This document shows positions 30,424 through 40,124 of a DNA stretch of 64,000 nucleotides, piece by piece (position 1 is the first letter of the stretch; every line of letters begins with the position of its first letter). This stretch comes from Deltaproteobacteria bacterium (lineage in GTDB: Bacteria > Myxococcota_A > Polyangia > Fen-1088): positions 1 through 64,000 of the forward strand of contig JANRKS010000024.1 in the NCBI GenBank assembly GCA_033763315.1. The letters run 5' to 3'. Below the pieces are notes generated by a model. The model ran no database searches, was not told the origin of the DNA, and saw nothing but the letters and a program-made list of their open reading frames with translations. The position numbers and the translations under genes were made by a program.

Positions 30424-30447
30424 ATAACTTATTTATAAATAAGTTAT
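30424..30447. promoter_or_regulatory. Perfect 24-bp AT-rich palindrome, candidate operator
   Basis: ATAACTTATTTA|TAAATAAGTTAT, ending 9 bp before ATG 30457, between divergent genes. Confidence 0.7.
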
Positions 30448-30456
30448 ACTGATTCC

Positions 30457-31911
30457 ATGAAGTGGGGTTTTTACGGGAGGCGAACCGAGATTGATCAGCT
30501 CCGCCAGATTCTCAAACGAGAACGCTGGTTCTTCGTCAAACTGAGCGGACGACGGAGAATCGGAAAGACAACCCTTATCCGACAGGCGCTTGTCAGCTCG
30601 CCCCATCCCGTACTTTATCTTCAAGTTCCCGATTCGGGCCCGGCCGGCGTATTGGCCGCTGTGCGAGACGCTTTCGACACGTTTGGCATTGATCAGAACG
30701 CGGCACCTCGTCCGCAGAGTTTGTCTGGGTTGGCCAAGACGATCGGCCTGCTCGCGCGACTTGGATACGTCGTTGTGCTGGACGAGTTTCAGTACTTTCA
30801 CAGGAAGATCTTGTCCGACTTCACCTCCTACCTGCAGCGCGAGGTGGACGCGCTCGCTGCAGATGGGGGTAAAGTTAAAGGCGGCCTGTTTGTACTCGGT
30901 TCCATCCACACGGAACTGACGTCACTACTCGAAGACCGAAATGCACCGCTATATAATCGCACCACGGATGTGGTCGACGTTGGCCACCTCGACGTCGCTT
31001 CTATTCTCGAACTATTGCGGGAGCACACCGAAGCCAGTCCTGCGCGGCTTTTGACGCTTTGGAATCTTTTTGAAGGCGTTCCAAAGTTTTACCGCGACTG
31101 TTATGAACAGGGTGTGCTGGCAGCACCGCGAAGTGAACTTTTGCGAAGAATGTTTTTTCAGAGTTCAGCACCGTTGCGCAACGAAGCCGAGAATTGGTTT
31201 TTACATGAGCTTCGCGGACGCTATGACGTTGTTCTGAACTTCATCGCCCGAAACCCAGGGTGTTCAAGCGCGGATCTCGACGCATACGTTCGGCACGTTA
31301 GTCCCGAAATGGCCGAGCAAACCGCTGGATACGTGAAGATCCTGACCGACCGGTATGAACTGGTCGAACGGAGACTTCCGATCTTCGCAACGAAGAAGGA
31401 GCGCAAAGGCCGCTATTACATTCGAGACAACTTTCTTCGCTCTTGGCTTTCCGCTCTCGCCGCGCCCACGGCGGCTATCAACTTTCGTCCCGTCGGATCA
31501 CTCGTTGAACAAGCGCTTTCCCGCTTAGATGAATCTGAGGGGCATGGTTTTGAGCGACTCGTTTCAAGCCTATATCAGGAGAGAAGCCGCAAAGGCCTGC
31601 CAGGATTCTCCTTGACTCATGAAATCAGCGGCTACTGGGACAACGAAGGCATCGAACTCGACCTCGTGGCGGTCGATGATCAGAACCGACGCATTCGCTT
31701 TGCCAACTGCAAAAGGTCGGCCAGCAAACTTCTGCCTTCGCTTGAGGCAACGAATCGGCATATTGAGCGATTCTTGGCGCTGCGTCCTCATCCGGGTTAC
31801 GGGGTCGAGAAGGTCGCCATAGCCCCACAAGTGAGCAAGGAATTGGAACAGAACATTCGTAAGCGCGGTTGGCTAGTTGAGGATTTGGCAAGGCTTACGG
31901 CAGACCTTTAG
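30457..31911 (+). CDS. Archaeal-type AAA ATPase with wHTH and DUF234 (restriction-endonuclease-like) C-terminus
   Basis: FYGRRTE, GRRRIGKT Walker A, VVLDEFQY Walker B, GRYYIRDNFLRSW, GYWD...ELDLVA...FANCKRS. Confidence 0.85.
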   Translation: MKWGFYGRRTEIDQLRQILKRERWFFVKLSGRRRIGKTTLIRQALVSSPHPVLYLQVPDSGPAGVLAAVRDAFDTFGIDQNAAPRPQSLSGLAKTIGLLARLGYVVVLDEFQYFHRKILSDFTSYLQREVDALAADGGKVKGGLFVLGSIHTELTSLLEDRNAPLYNRTTDVVDVGHLDVASILELLREHTEASPARLLTLWNLFEGVPKFYRDCYEQGVLAAPRSELLRRMFFQSSAPLRNEAENWFLHELRGRYDVVLNFIARNPGCSSADLDAYVRHVSPEMAEQTAGYVKILTDRYELVERRLPIFATKKERKGRYYIRDNFLRSWLSALAAPTAAINFRPVGSLVEQALSRLDESEGHGFERLVSSLYQERSRKGLPGFSLTHEISGYWDNEGIELDLVAVDDQNRRIRFANCKRSASKLLPSLEATNRHIERFLALRPHPGYGVEKVAIAPQVSKELEQNIRKRGWLVEDLARLTADL

Positions 31912-31928
31912 GCTTTCGCTTTTTCGTC

Positions 31929-32999
31929 TCACAACTCCACAAGCCCATCCACCACGTCTTGCGCCGCGTTCGTACGGCCCAATGCCTTCATGGCCGTAGC
32001 CATGCGGTCAAGACGGGGGCGGTCGTTCAGTAAAGCCGAGATAGTTTCGGCCAGTTGGACCGGCGACGTCTCGCCCTGTGGCAGAACAAGGGCCGCGCCG
32101 GCGTCGGCAAACGCGCGCGCGTTCTTGGTTTGATGATCGTCAGCGGCCGTGGGCAACGGAATCAAAATGGCTGGGCGGCCCACGATGGCCAGCTCGGCGA
32201 GGGTCAGCGCACCCGCGCGGCCAATGACGAGATCGGCACCCGCATAGGCGGCAACCATGTCATCGATGAAGGCTTTGACTTGCACGCGGTCGCCAAGACC
32301 GGCCGCACCATAGGCCTCAGTCAATCGCTCGGCGTCGGTTTTGCCAGCTTGATGCACCAACGCCACCGCTTGTTGCTGATGCGCCAAGTGCTGCATCGCC
32401 CCCAACATCAACTCGTTCACAGCCTTGGCGCCTTGGCTGCCACCCACCACCAACAAGCGACCACGTTCCGCCTGCGGCTGCGTCTGTGCCGCATGCTCAA
32501 CGAAGGCCTGGCGCACGGGATTGCCCGTCACAAGGCATTTGCCAGCACCAAAGGCGCCCTCAGCCTCGCGAAAACCCAGGAACACACGCTTGGCAAACCG
32601 GCCCAACGTCTTATTCGTAAATCCGGCGGCGCTGTTCTGCTCCTGCAACGCCGTAGGTATCCGCGACAAGGCCGCCGCAAGCACCAATGGCCCCGATGCG
32701 TAGCCGCCTACGCCCAACACACAGTCAGGTTTAAAACGGCGCAAGATGCGCACCGATTGCCAAAACGCGAGTGGCAGGCGCATGAGAGCGCGTGCGCTGC
32801 CCACGAGACCCATGCGTTTAAGGCCGCTCACTTTCAACAACTCCAAAGGGTATCCGGCGGCGGGCACCGCGCGGGCTTCGATGCCGCGCTCGGTTCCCAC
32901 GAATAACACCTCACCCCCGCGCCGCTTCACTTCGTCGGCCACGGCCAGGCCCGGGTAAAGGTGGCCGCCGGTGCCACCGCCCGCCACGATTAGTTTCAC
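31929..32999 (-). CDS. murG: Undecaprenyl-PP-MurNAc-pentapeptide GlcNAc transferase
   Basis: AGGGTGGHLYPG, GGYAS, EQN, GNPVR, GGSQGA, RAGALT.AEL, DHQTKNA. Confidence 0.97.
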   Translation of the reverse strand: MKLIVAGGGTGGHLYPGLAVADEVKRRGGEVLFVGTERGIEARAVPAAGYPLELLKVSGLKRMGLVGSARALMRLPLAFWQSVRILRRFKPDCVLGVGGYASGPLVLAAALSRIPTALQEQNSAAGFTNKTLGRFAKRVFLGFREAEGAFGAGKCLVTGNPVRQAFVEHAAQTQPQAERGRLLVVGGSQGAKAVNELMLGAMQHLAHQQQAVALVHQAGKTDAERLTEAYGAAGLGDRVQVKAFIDDMVAAYAGADLVIGRAGALTLAELAIVGRPAILIPLPTAADDHQTKNARAFADAGAALVLPQGETSPVQLAETISALLNDRPRLDRMATAMKALGRTNAAQDVVDGLVEL

Positions 33000-34363
33000 G
33001 CCATATCCTCAACCGTCGCCGCGGGCACACGCCGCCGCCGCGCCTTGCCCGTTTCAACCACAACTTTGACGGCCTTATCGGAACGCTTGTTGCCCGCGCC
33101 TCGGCCCCAAGGCCACAACGCCAACGTCCAGCCCGCCAACACCGATTCACCTCTGCGCGGCTCAGGGTTGCGTGCCGATACGTTGCCCAGCACGCCCGCG
33201 GCAAACATGCTGACGATCATCGAGGAGCCACCGTAACTGACAAACGGCAACGTCAGGCCTTTGGTGGGCACGAGGCCCATCACCACCGCCATGTTGATCA
33301 GCGCCTGCATACCAAACACAGACGTGAGGCCAAACGCCAGATAGGCGCCAAACGCGTCGCGGGCACGGCACGCGGCAACGAAGCCCCGCCAGATGAGCAC
33401 GCCAAACAACAACAGCACCAACAGCACACCGAGAAAGCCAAGCTCTTCGCCGACCACCGCCAAGATGAAATCGGTGTGGGCTTCGGGCAAAAAGAACAGC
33501 TTTTGCCGGCCCTCCCCCAAGCCTTGCCCAAACAGACCGCCCGAGCCGATGCTGATCTGCGATTCCACCACCTGATAGCCGGCGCCGCGGCGGTGGGCCC
33601 ACGGATCCAAAAACGCCAACATGCGACGCATGCGCCAGGGCGTACCCACGATCAACTTATAGACGACCGGCGCCGCCATGAGCATCGATAAGATGATGTA
33701 GCTTGTGCGCGTGCCGGCCACGAACAGCATGGCCAACGCCACGAAACCGAAGATGGCGGCCGTGCCCAGGTCAGGTTGCTTGAGCAGCAACGCCATCAAG
33801 ATTGCGGTGACAATCAACGGCGGCAGAAAGCCCACCCATAGTTGTTTGACCTTCTCGGCTTTGCGGGCCAACAGCGCCGCCAAGTACACCACCAGCGCGA
33901 ATTTTGCGACCTCGGAGGGTTGAAACGAAAGTGGCCCCAACCGAAACCAACGAATGGCGCCACCCGCCCGCGAACCAATGATCAACACAGCAACCAACAA
34001 CGCCACCGAGCCAAAGAGCATCGGGTAAGTCAAACGCCGGTAAAGCACGTAATCGGTGCGCAACGCGATCGCAAACGCCGCCACGCCCAACCCGGCGTAC
34101 ATCACCTCGCGCTTAAGAAAGAACGTCCAATCGCCATAGCGTTTCGCGGCGAACATCGCGCCCGCGGAAAACACCATCACCACACCCACCGCGCACAAGC
34201 ACAGGACGGCGCCGCACAAGATCCGATCGGGCCCTCGCGACGGCCCGCCGCCGCGCACCCATTGCGTCCAGGGCGCGTTCATCTTCTGCGGCCCCAGCCA
34301 CGCAAGCCAACGAGGCCGCGGCTTGGCCACACTCACAGGCCCAGAGCCTACAGCCGCCCGCAT
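32996..34363 (-). CDS. ftsW: SEDS peptidoglycan polymerase FtsW
   Basis: RWFRLG..FQPSEVAK, QPDLGT, FLPEAHTDF, EELG, PTKGLTLPFVSYGGSS. Start uncertain. Confidence 0.95.
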   Translation of the reverse strand: MRAAVGSGPVSVAKPRPRWLAWLGPQKMNAPWTQWVRGGGPSRGPDRILCGAVLCLCAVGVVMVFSAGAMFAAKRYGDWTFFLKREVMYAGLGVAAFAIALRTDYVLYRRLTYPMLFGSVALLVAVLIIGSRAGGAIRWFRLGPLSFQPSEVAKFALVVYLAALLARKAEKVKQLWVGFLPPLIVTAILMALLLKQPDLGTAAIFGFVALAMLFVAGTRTSYIILSMLMAAPVVYKLIVGTPWRMRRMLAFLDPWAHRRGAGYQVVESQISIGSGGLFGQGLGEGRQKLFFLPEAHTDFILAVVGEELGFLGVLLVLLLFGVLIWRGFVAACRARDAFGAYLAFGLTSVFGMQALINMAVVMGLVPTKGLTLPFVSYGGSSMIVSMFAAGVLGNVSARNPEPRRGESVLAGWTLALWPWGRGAGNKRSDKAVKVVVETGKARRRRVPAATVEDMA

Positions 34364-34397
34364 CCAACGGCTCCTTGCATGAACGACGCGTTTTCCA

Positions 34398-35816
34398 TCA
34401 AGCGCCCCCAGGACGAATCAGATGTGGCTCGCTGCCTAACTCCTCGGCCTCTTTTTCGAGTGTGCGCGTGGCTTCGGCAAACACTTCGCCGCGGTGGTTG
34501 TAGTCGCGGAACATATCGAAGCTTGAACACGCAGGCGACAGCACCACCGCGTCTCCCGCTTGCGCCAGATTTGCCGCCATTCGAACGGCCTCTTCCATCG
34601 AGCTTGCACGTTTGACGGGCACAACATCAGCGAACGCCGCTTCAATTTGATCCGCAGCTTCGCCGATCAAAACCGCGCCACGGCCCACCTTCGACATGGT
34701 CTCGGCCAGCAGTGAATAACTTCCGCCCTTGTGGCGGCCACCCGCGATCAAAACCACCGGACGTGGAAATCCCGTGAGGGCGGCTACGGCAGAGCCCACG
34801 TTCGTGCCCTTCGAATCGTCGAAGAACTGCACGCCGTGCACTTTGGCCACCAACTCCATGCGGTGAGGTAGCGGTCGAAAGCCCACCAACCCACGATGCA
34901 CTTCGGCGGGCAACGCCCCCGCCAAGCGCGCGGCCAACAAAGCAGCGAGTGCGTTTTCCTGGTTGTGACGCCCCACAAGACGCGGCGTTTCTGCAGGATA
35001 ACGCTCGATCTCGCCTCCGGGCACACGAATGCACAAGTTGTCGCCCTGCAGCCAGCCGCCCTCGGTCAACGCTTGCCGGGTGCTAAAAGCGATCCAATGC
35101 GCGCGGGCCTTGCGTGCCACTTGCGCGACCAAGGGATCGTCCAGGTTCATTACCGCAAAATCGCTTTCACGTTGCGCCGCAAATAGCTTGGCCTTGGCCT
35201 CCACGTAACTATCGACGCTGCGGTGGCGATCCAAATGGTCGGGGCTGATGTTTAACAGCACGGCCACTTGAGGCCGAAAGTGCTCGAACGTCTCGGCTTG
35301 AAACGACGAGACCTCAATAACGCACAAACCGCCAAGTGAAGTGGCCGGGCTACCCACGGCTTCGCTCAACGGCGTGCCCAGATTGCCACCCACAAACGTG
35401 GGCCGGCCCGTGCCCTTGCACATCACGCCACACAACGTGGTGGTGGTTGATTTGCCGTTGGTGCCCGTGATGCCAATGATCGTGCCTTCGGTGAACCGAG
35501 AGGCCAATTCAAGCTCACCGGTGATCTTCACGCCGGCCGCCTGGGCAGCCAAAAGCTCTGGCCCGTGAGGAACACCGGGTGAAAGCACGATGAGTTCAGC
35601 CGATAAGAACGTCTGCGCGTTGTGGCCGCCCAGCTCCTGCTGCACCCCGGGCGGCAGCCCCGCCACTTGTGTGGCCAGGTCCGCGGCAGGCTTTTTGTCT
35701 GTCACGGTGACAAGCGCGCCCTTGGCGGCGCACAACTTCGCCACCGCTTGGCCCGAACGGCCAAGGCCCACAACAAGCACACGTTTACCTTGCAGGTCAG
35801 GAGCGGATATCGCCAT
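34398..35816 (-). CDS. murD: UDP-MurNAc-L-Ala:D-Glu ligase
   Basis: GLGRSG, SPGV, GITGTNGKSTTT, EVSSFQ, DHLDRH, DDSKGTN, LSPACSSFDMF. Confidence 0.97.
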   Translation of the reverse strand: MAISAPDLQGKRVLVVGLGRSGQAVAKLCAAKGALVTVTDKKPAADLATQVAGLPPGVQQELGGHNAQTFLSAELIVLSPGVPHGPELLAAQAAGVKITGELELASRFTEGTIIGITGTNGKSTTTTLCGVMCKGTGRPTFVGGNLGTPLSEAVGSPATSLGGLCVIEVSSFQAETFEHFRPQVAVLLNISPDHLDRHRSVDSYVEAKAKLFAAQRESDFAVMNLDDPLVAQVARKARAHWIAFSTRQALTEGGWLQGDNLCIRVPGGEIERYPAETPRLVGRHNQENALAALLAARLAGALPAEVHRGLVGFRPLPHRMELVAKVHGVQFFDDSKGTNVGSAVAALTGFPRPVVLIAGGRHKGGSYSLLAETMSKVGRGAVLIGEAADQIEAAFADVVPVKRASSMEEAVRMAANLAQAGDAVVLSPACSSFDMFRDYNHRGEVFAEATRTLEKEAEELGSEPHLIRPGGA

Positions 35817-35971
35817 CGTGCGGAGAACCTACTACTTACGGTTGACGTTGCTACAGGTACGGCAACAGATCCAGAAACCCAACACAAGGACGATTCAAGC
35901 GGCCGTGAAAGGTTCCCGGTAGACCTCGTCCACAGCGATTTTGCAGCGTAGGTGGCGCCCAGGCGCCCCCC

Positions 35972-37084
35972 TCAGCGCGCCTTCAACGTGACCACGAGGC
36001 CCAACGTCGCGCAGATGAACGAGACAATCCAAAACCGCACAACAATGCGCGATTCAGGCCACCCCAGCTTCTCGAAATGATGGTGAATGGGGGCCATGAG
36101 AAACACCCGCTTCTTCGTGCGCTTGTAGTAACCGACCTGAATGATGTCGCTGACGGCCTCGGCCACGAACACGCCGCCGATGACGGGCAGCGACATCTCA
36201 GTCTTGGTGGCCAGGGCCACGAAACCGAGCGCGCCACCCAACGCTAAGGCACCCACGTCGCCCATGAAGACCATCGCGGGGTGGGTGTTGTACCAAAGAA
36301 AGCCGATGCCCGCGCCACCAATGGCGCCGCAGAAAATGGCCAACTCGCCACCGCCCTTCACGTGAGCCAAGCCTAGGTAGCTCGCGATGTTGAAATCGCG
36401 CAACACCGTGCCGGCGGCATACGCCAAGAACATAAACGTGAACGAACAAATGATCACGGGGCCAATGGCCAAGCCGTCCAAGCCATCGGTGAGGTTCACG
36501 GCGTTCGACGTCCCCACCACCACCAGCAGGCCAAACAACAGATACACAACAAAGGGCAGCTGCGGCGAGAAGCGCTCGATGCTGACCAGCGGCAACACCA
36601 GATGCAGCCGCACACTGGGATCAAGAGCGTCGGATAGCAGCAGCCACGAAACCGCAATGCCGCCGATGATCACTTGGAAGAAGATTTTGACCCGCCCCGG
36701 CACACCCTTCTTATTTTTCTGCGTAATCTTGACGTAATCGTCGACGAAGCCAAGCGCGCCGTAGCCTACAGTCACAAAAAGCGCCAGCCACACCAAGGTG
36801 CTCGACAAATCGCACCAAAGCAGGGTGCCGAACGCCAGCGCCAAGATGATCACCGAGCCACCCATCGTGGGCGTGCCCTTCTTACTGGCGTGTGAGGCGG
36901 GGCCATCGGTGCGAATCACTTCGCCGATCTGGCGTTCGCGCGCTTTCTTGATGAACCACGGGGCCACGAAGAACGTCATCACCAGCGACGTCAACGTAGC
37001 CAAACCCACGCGGGTCGACACGTATCGGAACACGTTCAGAAAGCGAAAGTCTTCGCGCAGCAGTTGGAACAGATGAAACAGCAT
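35972..37084 (-). CDS. mraY: Phospho-MurNAc-pentapeptide transferase
   Basis: KKGTPTMGG, GFVDDY, NAVNLTDGLDGL, FMGDVG, MAPIHHHFE. Confidence 0.97.
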   Translation of the reverse strand: MLFHLFQLLREDFRFLNVFRYVSTRVGLATLTSLVMTFFVAPWFIKKARERQIGEVIRTDGPASHASKKGTPTMGGSVIILALAFGTLLWCDLSSTLVWLALFVTVGYGALGFVDDYVKITQKNKKGVPGRVKIFFQVIIGGIAVSWLLLSDALDPSVRLHLVLPLVSIERFSPQLPFVVYLLFGLLVVVGTSNAVNLTDGLDGLAIGPVIICSFTFMFLAYAAGTVLRDFNIASYLGLAHVKGGGELAIFCGAIGGAGIGFLWYNTHPAMVFMGDVGALALGGALGFVALATKTEMSLPVIGGVFVAEAVSDIIQVGYYKRTKKRVFLMAPIHHHFEKLGWPESRIVVRFWIVSFICATLGLVVTLKAR

Positions 37085-37125
37085 AGATAACGTCTTGTAG
37101 CGGGCGCCCACGGCAGGCGCCGCTT

Positions 37126-38574
37126 TTAGCTTTCTGGTTGATCTTCCTTGGACTCTTCCGCCCAAATCGTTTGTAAAGCGGCAACGACGCGCTCAAGACG
37201 TGCCCCGCGCGACCCCTTCACCAAGATCCAGTCGCCGCCGCGCGACCATTGCGCCACCTGTCGTGCGGCTTCCGCCGGATCGGCCGCTTCGACAACGAAG
37301 TCCGCCGCCAGGCCTTGCGCCCGCGCGCCACGCGCAATGTGGCGGCCTAGATCGCCCACGCCCACCACGCCCGCAACACCAGCCTGGACAGCGTCGCGAC
37401 CCACTTGTTCATGCATGGCCGTTTCGTCGTCGCCCAATTCCAGCATGTCGCCCAAAACCGCAAACGCGCGTCCCGTGCCGCGCGCGCCGGCCACGGCGGC
37501 GGCCACACCAGCCTTCATCGACGAAGGGTTGGCGTTGTAGCAGTCATCCAAGACCACGCGATCACCCAGCGCCAAAGGCCGCGATCGGTGCGGCGGCAAC
37601 TGCACACGTTCAAGCCCTGCCGCGGCGTCTTTGGCCGCGATGCCCAGGTTCGATGCCACAGTCAAAGCGATGCAACCGTTGACCGCGTTGTGCAAGCCCG
37701 ACAGTGGCAGGTTCACAAGCACAGGCTCATCACCCACCGCGTAGCGCACGACCGATCCCGCCGCGCCGGCTGGAACACAGTCAAGGATCGAAACGGCCAA
37801 GCCCGGCCCATCGCCCACGCGGGTGCCGAATCGCTTCACGCGCGCCTTCGGCAGATACTGCACGCTTGGCGCCAAGAGTGGCTCGCCATCCGGCACCAGC
37901 GCCACACCGTCGTCCACAAGGCCTTCGAAGATTTCGCCTTTGGCTTCCGCGATCGCTTGGAGCGAGCCCAGCCGCCCCAAGTGTGCCGCGCCGATGTTGG
38001 TGACAACGGCAACGTGTGGCTGCGCCAGGTGGGTAAGATAAGAGATCTCACCCCGCCCGCGCATCGCCATCTCCAACACCCAAAAGCGTTCGTTGCCTGT
38101 GGCCCCCAGCAAGGTGAGCGGCAAGCCAACATCCGTGTTGAAGTTTCCTGGCGTCTTGAGAACCTCGCCAGCCGACGACAGCGCCGCTGCGATGAGTTCC
38201 TTCGTTGTGGTTTTGCCATTCGACCCGGTTACCGCCACCACACGGCCTGTAAACTCAGCACGCAGCGTTTCCGCCATGCGCCCAAGCGCTGTGAGCGGAT
38301 CATCCACTGCCAACACGGGCACACCCGTCGCCCCTTTCGGAACGCCACGCCCCGCAGACACCACCAACACAGCGGCACCCGCCGCGGCCGCTTGTGCGCA
38401 AAAGTCAAAGCCATCCACGCGCTCGCCCTTGAGCGCGATGAACGCGGTGTTCGAGGCCACGTTTCTGCTATCCGTGGTGGCGCCGATGAACGTCGCTTGC
38501 GCTGCCGGAGGAACCAGCCACTGGCCTGCCGCGGCTTGCGCCAGCCACTGCAACGAGCGCGTGGCGGCCGTCAA
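37126..38574 (-). CDS. murF: UDP-MurNAc-tripeptide:D-Ala-D-Ala ligase
   Basis: TDSR, VTGSNGKTTTKE, DDCYNANP.SM, LGDMLELG, LVKGSRG. Confidence 0.96.
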   Translation of the reverse strand: MTAATRSLQWLAQAAAGQWLVPPAAQATFIGATTDSRNVASNTAFIALKGERVDGFDFCAQAAAAGAAVLVVSAGRGVPKGATGVPVLAVDDPLTALGRMAETLRAEFTGRVVAVTGSNGKTTTKELIAAALSSAGEVLKTPGNFNTDVGLPLTLLGATGNERFWVLEMAMRGRGEISYLTHLAQPHVAVVTNIGAAHLGRLGSLQAIAEAKGEIFEGLVDDGVALVPDGEPLLAPSVQYLPKARVKRFGTRVGDGPGLAVSILDCVPAGAAGSVVRYAVGDEPVLVNLPLSGLHNAVNGCIALTVASNLGIAAKDAAAGLERVQLPPHRSRPLALGDRVVLDDCYNANPSSMKAGVAAAVAGARGTGRAFAVLGDMLELGDDETAMHEQVGRDAVQAGVAGVVGVGDLGRHIARGARAQGLAADFVVEAADPAEAARQVAQWSRGGDWILVKGSRGARLERVVAALQTIWAEESKEDQPES

Positions 38575-40124
38575 CGCGCACCTGCCGAAGCAAACGCCGC
38601 CGCCGCCTCTTCGCGATCGTCAAAGTGATGTTTGACCGTACCGATGATTTGATAATCCTCGTGACCTTTACCAGCAATCAACAGGACGTCACCCGGTGCG
38701 GCCACGCCCACAGCCAAAGCGATGGCGGCGCGGCGATCGGCTTGCACACAGAAACCGCCTTGCGCAACGTCGGCGCCCAGGCGCTCGGGCAAGCGACCCT
38801 GCTGCATGCCCATCTTTACCATGTCTAGGATGCGCACGGGATCTTCCGTCCGCGGATTATCGGACGTCAATATCGCCACGTCGGCCAACGCCGCCACAGC
38901 CGCGCCCATCAACGGACGCTTCGTGGGATCACGATCGCCGCCGCAGCCAAACACAACGATCAACCGGCCACGCGTGAGCGGTCGCAACGCGCCCATGGCT
39001 CGCTCCAAAGCGTCAGGGGTGTGCGCGTAATCAACCACGCACAACACACCCGCTTGGTTTGGCACAGGCTCAAGCCGTCCCGGAACGCCAGGCAGATTTT
39101 GCACACCCTGCGCCAGCGCATCCAACGGCAAGCCATGCGCGTAGGCCATGCCCACCGCCAAGGTGACGTTGGCTAAGTTGTAATCGCCCACCAGTTTTGA
39201 GTGCACATCAAATGTGCCCTTCGGGGTGTGAAACGTGGCGACCATGCCTTGGCCATCCAAGCGCCGGTTAGACACCCAGATATCGGCCGCACCCGCGTGC
39301 TCTTGCGCCACCGAGAGCTTGAGCACTTGGCCACTTAGGCGCGCCGCCATTTGCCGCCCGTCGTCGCGATCGATGAACAGCACGCCCACGCCATTGGGAG
39401 TCAGATAATCCACAAACAGGCGCGCCTTCGCATCGAAGTAAGCGTGCATCGTGCCGTGGTAATCCAAGTGATCTTGCGTGACGTTCGTCAGCGCGGCCAC
39501 GTCGAACAAACATCCTGCCAGACGATCCTGTGCCAACGCGTGCGACGAAGCTTCTAAGACAACATCCGTGCAGCCAGCCGCCGCCATGCGCGCGAGCCAT
39601 CCATGCAACAACGTGGAGCCTGGTGTCGTCAGTGGCGCCGGCTCGCGGTGCCCCGCATAGCGGTATTCCACCGTGCCAAACACCCCAGGCGAGCGACCAG
39701 CGGCCTGCAAAATCGATTCAACAAGATACGTGGTGGTGGTTTTGCCGTTGGTGCCCGTCACCGCCAACATGCGCAGGCGTTCCACAGCGCCATAACCGCG
39801 CGCCAACATGTGCCCCAACACCACCCTCGCATTCCTCACAACCAAAAGCGCCACACCGTGGGCGCGCGTTTCTTCGGCCAGCGCCTGTTGCTCAGCACCC
39901 CGGGCATCAGAAACGATCACCTTGGCCCCACGTGACAACGCGTGCGCCACGTAGCGCCGGCCATCGTCCTTGTTGCCTGCCAGCGCCACAAACACATCGC
40001 CTGGCTGCACCGTGCGCGAATCATCGCGGACCGCCGTCACCGTCACGTCAGGCACATCCGACGCGTAAACCAAACCGGCCACAAGCTTACGCAAGTTGAT
40101 GGGTGCAAAGGCTTCCATGATCAC
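38571..40124 (-). CDS. murE: UDP-MurNAc-dipeptide:meso-DAP ligase
   Basis: VTGTNGKTTT, EASSH, DHLDYH, VDYAHTPDA, GCGGDRD, SDNPR (DAP-type), AGKGHE.YQ. Confidence 0.97.
   Translation of the reverse strand: MIMEAFAPINLRKLVAGLVYASDVPDVTVTAVRDDSRTVQPGDVFVALAGNKDDGRRYVAHALSRGAKVIVSDARGAEQQALAEETRAHGVALLVVRNARVVLGHMLARGYGAVERLRMLAVTGTNGKTTTTYLVESILQAAGRSPGVFGTVEYRYAGHREPAPLTTPGSTLLHGWLARMAAAGCTDVVLEASSHALAQDRLAGCLFDVAALTNVTQDHLDYHGTMHAYFDAKARLFVDYLTPNGVGVLFIDRDDGRQMAARLSGQVLKLSVAQEHAGAADIWVSNRRLDGQGMVATFHTPKGTFDVHSKLVGDYNLANVTLAVGMAYAHGLPLDALAQGVQNLPGVPGRLEPVPNQAGVLCVVDYAHTPDALERAMGALRPLTRGRLIVVFGCGGDRDPTKRPLMGAAVAALADVAILTSDNPRTEDPVRILDMVKMGMQQGRLPERLGADVAQGGFCVQADRRAAIALAVGVAAPGDVLLIAGKGHEDYQIIGTVKHHFDDREEAAAAFASAGAR

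Noticed and set aside
30414-30447. dif or loxP recombination site
   Set aside because: There is no XerD-type TTATGTTAAAT arm, no asymmetric spacer, no second copy noticed and no recombinase gene in the window. An operator is the simpler explanation.
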